DNA of 64,000 nucleotides, taken from contig OZ219918.1 of assembly GCA_964291415.2 (NCBI GenBank), positions 864,001 through 928,000 of the forward strand, given 5' to 3'. Below the pieces are notes generated by a model that saw nothing but the letters and a program-made list of their open reading frames with translations, had not been told where the DNA came from and did not search any database. Below are positions 59,840-64,000 of this stretch, in pieces (the first letter of the stretch is position 1; the number at the start of each line of letters is the position of its first letter). Source of the DNA: Alphaproteobacteria bacterium. Its GTDB lineage: Bacteria > Pseudomonadota > Alphaproteobacteria > SP197. Both the position numbers and the translations under genes were made by a program.

Positions 59840-60610
59840 GTGAGCCGCTTCATCGATCTTCAGCGTCAGGCACGAGGCCGCGTCGAGGTTGTCCTCGACC
59901 GGCCGGACAAGCTGAATGCTCTCTCACTCGTGCTCCTGGGAGAACTGGCCGAAGTCCTGAACAATCTGGATGGCGACGGCGAACTGCGCTGCGTGGTGCT
60001 CTGCGGCGCCGGTCGTGCGTTCTCCGCTGGCGCCGATCTGGCGGATCTCCGCCGACTGGACCCGTCCAACGCGGAACGGTTCATCCGTTGCCTGCACGCC
60101 GCCTGCCAGGCGGTGAGGGACTGTCCGGTTCCGGTGATTGCGAGGATCGACGGTCCGTGTCTGGGTGGCGCCCTCGAACTTGCCGCGAGTTGCGACATGC
60201 GTGCCGCATCCGAACGCTCGACCTTCGCCATGCCGGAAGTGAGGCTCGGCATTCCCTCGGTGATCGAGGCCGCTCTGCTGCCGCGACTGATGGGCTGGGG
60301 ACGGGCCGCGGAACTGCTCTTCACCGGCCGAACGCTGAGCGCGAGTGAAGCACTCGCCGCCGGCCTGGTGGAGGCCGTGGCAGAGGATCCGGCGGATATC
60401 GTGGAGAACTGGGCAGGCGACATTCTCGATGCCGGGCCATGCGCCATCCGGGCCCAGAAGAGTCTGATGCGGGCCTGGGAGCGCTCGCACGTGGACGACG
60501 CCATCGAGGCCGGCGTCGAGGCTTTCTGCAGGAGCTGGGAGAGTGACGAGGCGCCCCGGAGAATAGGCCGCATTGTCGCCGGGCGGCCCGCTACCGGTCG
60601 GTCAGCTTGA
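59840..60610 (+). CDS. Enoyl-CoA hydratase/isomerase family protein
   Basis: AFSAGADL, CLGGALE, MPEVRLGIPS; GTG start with GAGGGAG RBS. Confidence 0.88.
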   Translation: MSRFIDLQRQARGRVEVVLDRPDKLNALSLVLLGELAEVLNNLDGDGELRCVVLCGAGRAFSAGADLADLRRLDPSNAERFIRCLHAACQAVRDCPVPVIARIDGPCLGGALELAASCDMRAASERSTFAMPEVRLGIPSVIEAALLPRLMGWGRAAELLFTGRTLSASEALAAGLVEAVAEDPADIVENWAGDILDAGPCAIRAQKSLMRAWERSHVDDAIEAGVEAFCRSWESDEAPRRIGRIVAGRPATGRSA

Positions 60611-62561
60611 ACTCGATCCGGCGGTTGCGCTGCATGGTGTCGGCGTCCTCACCGTCGGCAAGAGGCTGGAACTCGCCGAGACCCGCGGCCATCAGGCGGT
60701 GTTCGGGCACGCCCAGGGAGATCAGGAAGCGGACGACGGAGGTGGCGCGGGCCGTCGACAGTTCCCAGTTGCTCGGGAACCGGATCGTCTGGATCGGCTT
60801 CGAGTCGGTGTGACCGTCCACCCTGAGGATCCAGTCCACATCGTCGGGAATGTCCGAGACAAGTTCCTGGATGAGATCCGCGATCTGGCGCAGGTTCTCC
60901 CGGCCCGCTCCGGAGATCTCCGCGCTGCCGCTGGAGAAGAGGACGCCCGACTGGATGATGAAGCGGTCACCCTCGACCTTCACGCCCTGCCGGTTGCCGA
61001 GGTGGTCGTGCAGGCGGGCAAGGAAGTCGCTGCGGTAACGGCTGAGGTCCTGGACCCGTTCGGCCAGCGCAGCATTGAGCCTCTCGCCCAGCGACGTGAT
61101 CTGCACCAGGTCCTGGGCAGCCCTGACTTCCGCCGCCTCGAGGGCGCTGTTGAGCGAGGCCAGACGATCTCTGAGCTCGGCGATCTGCTGCGCCTGCGAA
61201 CCGCCCAGTTCCACGGCCAGGTCCAGTTCGCCCTCGACGATGCCGAGGCGATGCGCGAGTTCGTCGATCTGCCGGTTGCGGTCGGCCACCTCCCGTTGGG
61301 CGAGAAGAGTGCGTTCCTGTTCAGATGAAAGCTCGGATTCCAGTTCCCGCGTGCGGTCGCGCGCGGAGGACAGTGAGGCGACGAGCTGATCGATTCTCGC
61401 CCCCGCATCGCTGAGTTCCTGTTCCCTTGACGCGAGCGTCTCACCTGTCTGCTCCTCCGCCTCGCGGGACTGCTGGAGCAGGAGTGCAAGGCGTTCGAGT
61501 TCGCTGCGTTCCGACGCGAGGGTCTGCGCGAGTTCCTCCTCTCTGCCGTGCGCCTCCTGGAGACTCGCCTGTGTGCGGCCGAGTTCAGTCTCCCGTTCAG
61601 CAAGCGTGGTCAGCGTCAGACCAAGCTCGCTCTCCCGCTCGGCGAGGATGGCCAGCGCCTGACGAAGCGCAGTTTCCCGTTCGGCAAGGGTTGCCAGTGT
61701 CTGTCCAAGCTCGTCATCCCGTTCGGCGAGGTTGGCCAGTGTTTGTGCAAGCGCAGATTCCCGCTCGGATAGGGTGAACTGCGTCTGTCCAAGTTCGCTT
61801 TCCCGTTCGGCGAGGATTGCCTGTACCTGGCCAAGCTCGGTTTCCCGTTCGGCAAGGGTGGCTTGAGTTTCGCTGAGTTCAACGTCCCGTTCGGCAAGCG
61901 TGGTTCGTGTGCGCGAGAGTTCAGCTGCCCGGGTTGCCAGACGGTGCTCGAGTTCCGCTTCCAGGGCCCGCGCCTCTTCCAGTACCAACAGCATGCGTGC
62001 GACTTCACCCTCGAGATTGCGCCGCACCTGCTGCAGGGCTTCGATATCTCGTTGCAGGCTGGCCAGTTCCGCCGATCTGCGCGCCAGGGCGTCCTTGCTG
62101 GCGGCCGCATCGTCTCGTGTGCTGTCGAGATCCTCTTCCATCAGTTGGAGGCGTGCCCGCGCGTCGTCGAGTTCGCGTTCGCTGGAGAGCACTCTTGCCT
62201 CGAGAGCCGAACGTTCCGCTTCCAGGGTGTCACGCTCCTGCGACAGAAGGGCGAGCGATCGGTTCGCGTCGTCCCTTGCCGCCGCAGACTGCTGAAGTTC
62301 TGCAGAGAGCTGTGTCAGCTGCTCGCGGATCAGGGCATTGTTGCTGCGTTCCAGGGACAGCATGCCTGTGAGCTCGTTGATCTGGTTTTGCAGCCGGCTC
62401 ATGACCTGGTCCTGGCCGGTCAGGGCGGCTCCCTGGAAAAGCTGTGCAATCATGAAGACCGACAGGGCGAAGATCAGCACCATCAACAACGCTGACAGTG
62501 CATCGACAAAGCCGGCCCAGGTCTCGCCACCCGATTGCGCACGGCGGCCGCGAAAGGCCAT
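60591..62561 (-). CDS. MotB/OmpA-like peptidoglycan-binding protein with long coiled coil
   Basis: WAGFVDAL TM segment with Asp; C-terminal GHTD, NWELSTARA, NRRIEF. Confidence 0.88.
   Translation of the reverse strand: MAFRGRRAQSGGETWAGFVDALSALLMVLIFALSVFMIAQLFQGAALTGQDQVMSRLQNQINELTGMLSLERSNNALIREQLTQLSAELQQSAAARDDANRSLALLSQERDTLEAERSALEARVLSSERELDDARARLQLMEEDLDSTRDDAAASKDALARRSAELASLQRDIEALQQVRRNLEGEVARMLLVLEEARALEAELEHRLATRAAELSRTRTTLAERDVELSETQATLAERETELGQVQAILAERESELGQTQFTLSERESALAQTLANLAERDDELGQTLATLAERETALRQALAILAERESELGLTLTTLAERETELGRTQASLQEAHGREEELAQTLASERSELERLALLLQQSREAEEQTGETLASREQELSDAGARIDQLVASLSSARDRTRELESELSSEQERTLLAQREVADRNRQIDELAHRLGIVEGELDLAVELGGSQAQQIAELRDRLASLNSALEAAEVRAAQDLVQITSLGERLNAALAERVQDLSRYRSDFLARLHDHLGNRQGVKVEGDRFIIQSGVLFSSGSAEISGAGRENLRQIADLIQELVSDIPDDVDWILRVDGHTDSKPIQTIRFPSNWELSTARATSVVRFLISLGVPEHRLMAAGLGEFQPLADGEDADTMQRNRRIEFKLTDR
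61566..61901 (-). repeat. 8 x 42-bp (14-aa) degenerate coding tandem repeat
   Basis: TLAERDVELSETQA / TLAERETELGQVQA / ILAERESELGQTQF / TLSERESALAQTLA / NLAERDDELGQTLA / TLAERETALRQALA / ILAERESELGLTLT / TLAERETELGRTQA. Confidence 0.9.
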
Positions 62562-62565
62562 GGAC

Positions 62566-63717
62566 CTAGGCGCCTCCGTCGCCGGGGCGTGCCGCCGCGA
62601 TGGTGCGTGCCAGCAACCTGATTTCCGCCCGCACGTCGTCGGCGATGGCGCTCCGTCCCGAAGCGGTTTCCTCGACCAGTCGGTTTATCGCATCGTCGAG
62701 ATTGCGAAGATGCGTCCGGCTGGCTTCGTCGAAGGCGGTGCTCTTCTGGGTCTCTATCAGGTGCTGGATGACCACCTTGAGATCCGCCAGGCTCTCGATC
62801 AGTGTGCCGAGCTGTCTCTGTTCGGCGCCGATGCGATCGACCATGGAGAGGAGTCTGTCCGCGAGCGTGGAGATCTTTTCGTCGATCTGCCGGTGGTTGA
62901 CGAAGTTCCTGTCGAGGACGGTGTTGAGGCGGTCAAGGCTCTCGGCAGTCTGTTCAAGGAGGGCGCTGACGTAGGCCGGAGCATCCCCGCCCTCCGGCGT
63001 GTCACCGTCGCCGCGTCCCGAATGGAGCCGTGTCACCGATGACAGCCATTCCTCCAACTCGTTGTAGAACCGGTTAAGGGCCTGACCGGACTGCAGGTCG
63101 AGAAAGCCGAGGATCAGGGATCCGGCAAGTCCGAAGAGCGACGAACTGAAGGCCGTTCCCATGCCAGATAGCGGCGATGCCATGCCTTCCTTGAGATTCT
63201 CGAAAAGGCCGACAATGTCCTGTCCAGGGTCGAGATTGAGTGTGTTGAGTGTCGCACTGACCCCGCCGATGGTCTTGATGAGCCCCCAGAATGTCCCGAG
63301 CAGCCCCAGAAAGATGAGGAGACCGATGAGGTACCGCGAAATCTCGCGGGACTCGTCGAGCCTGGCGCCGATGCTGTCGAGGATCGAGCGCGTCGACGTC
63401 GGGGTGAGGCTGAATTGCGCACCGGACGAACGACGTTTGCCGAGCATGGCGGCCATCGGCGCCAGCAGTCGGGGGGTCGTCTGGATTCGGAGATGCGGTC
63501 TGCGAAAACTGTCGATCCAGGCGACTTCCCGGTAGAGCATCTGGGGTTGCCGGAAGATGTAGAGGATGCCGAACAGAAGGACGCCCAGAATCACTCCGTT
63601 GAGCAGGGGGTTCGCCTGGAAGGCGACAATCAGCGTCACCGACAGGAAGGCCGTGATGGCCATCACCACGAGAAGGAACACTGCCATCCTGATGATGTAG
63701 CGGTTCGGGCGCGTCAT
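62566..63717 (-). CDS. MotA/TolQ/ExbB-family membrane protein
   Basis: LIFLGLLGTFWGL, GMGTAFSSSLFGL; upstream of the MotB-like gene. Confidence 0.88.
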   Translation of the reverse strand: MTRPNRYIIRMAVFLLVVMAITAFLSVTLIVAFQANPLLNGVILGVLLFGILYIFRQPQMLYREVAWIDSFRRPHLRIQTTPRLLAPMAAMLGKRRSSGAQFSLTPTSTRSILDSIGARLDESREISRYLIGLLIFLGLLGTFWGLIKTIGGVSATLNTLNLDPGQDIVGLFENLKEGMASPLSGMGTAFSSSLFGLAGSLILGFLDLQSGQALNRFYNELEEWLSSVTRLHSGRGDGDTPEGGDAPAYVSALLEQTAESLDRLNTVLDRNFVNHRQIDEKISTLADRLLSMVDRIGAEQRQLGTLIESLADLKVVIQHLIETQKSTAFDEASRTHLRNLDDAINRLVEETASGRSAIADDVRAEIRLLARTIAAARPGDGGA

Positions 63718-63854
63718 GCGATGCTCCACATCAACCCGACATGCTCCGTGTCACCTGTTCGTCCCGCAAAGATGTCACCGGCAGCTCTCGTGGATGTGGT
63801 TACCATGTCCTTGAGTGTGTCGTCCATTGGTCACCGCGAGGTGGCGGCATTGTG

Positions 63855-64000
63855 TCAGGAAAGCGACCGGAGCATGTGGCCATGGATCCCTGGATTTCCG
63901 GCAAGGATGGAGGGTGGCACGGTGCCGGGAGGAGTGCCGTCGAGTCGGGTGACGATACCCCCTGCCTCCTGGATCAGAATGGTGCCGGCCGCCAGACTGT
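63855..64000 (-). CDS. C-terminal end of an inositol-monophosphatase-family protein (partial)
   Basis: Manual translation xSLAAGTILIQEAGGIVTRLDG...ILAGNPGIH...*; AAG..I.EAGG.V signature. Confidence 0.7.
   Translation of the reverse strand, partial: SLAAGTILIQEAGGIVTRLDGTPPGTVPPSILAGNPGIHGHMLRSLS

Noticed and set aside
61566-61901. 42-bp periodic repeats as a CRISPR array
   Set aside because: In-frame degenerate coding repeats without unique spacers; no cas genes.
60591-63717. MotA/MotB-like pair as Zorya anti-phage ZorAB
   Set aside because: No ZorC/D/E-like nuclease or helicase genes adjacent, the long coiled coil is in the B subunit, and the context is housekeeping.

Overview
GC-rich bacterial chromosome segment, most likely alphaproteobacterial (argD-argF-hslO order, gcrA, Cys-free rpmE, IMPase-motA-like-motB-like order). 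Housekeeping blocks at 1-10.7 kb and 56-64 kb flank a long accessory region. That region holds: (i) a decayed lower-GC islet next to tRNA-Gly(CCC); (ii) a translationally coupled radical SAM / oxalate-CoA-ligase-like / PanE-like operon; (iii) an intact FitAB/VapBC module with a palindromic operator and a second patch of decayed TA genes; (iv) a roughly 37-kb catabolic neighbourhood for probable methylated-amine or zwitterionic osmolyte substrates. This last part has a DeoR regulator, a betaine-type ABC transporter, glpABC-like genes with an altered glycerol-kinase paralogue, two GcvT-family dehydrogenases flanking a non-pyrrolysine MttB, a class III aminotransferase, a Rieske oxygenase, a second betaine-type ABC transporter, an Xsc-like ThDP enzyme, a putative 4His/Lys metalloenzyme plus PDR-type reductase, BKACE and a GMC oxidoreductase. 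The best candidates for undescribed systems are the betaine-ABC/glp-like cluster, the 4His-HxxK protein/reductase pair and the radical SAM-oxalate operon. All calls come from reading motifs by eye; no database searches were run.
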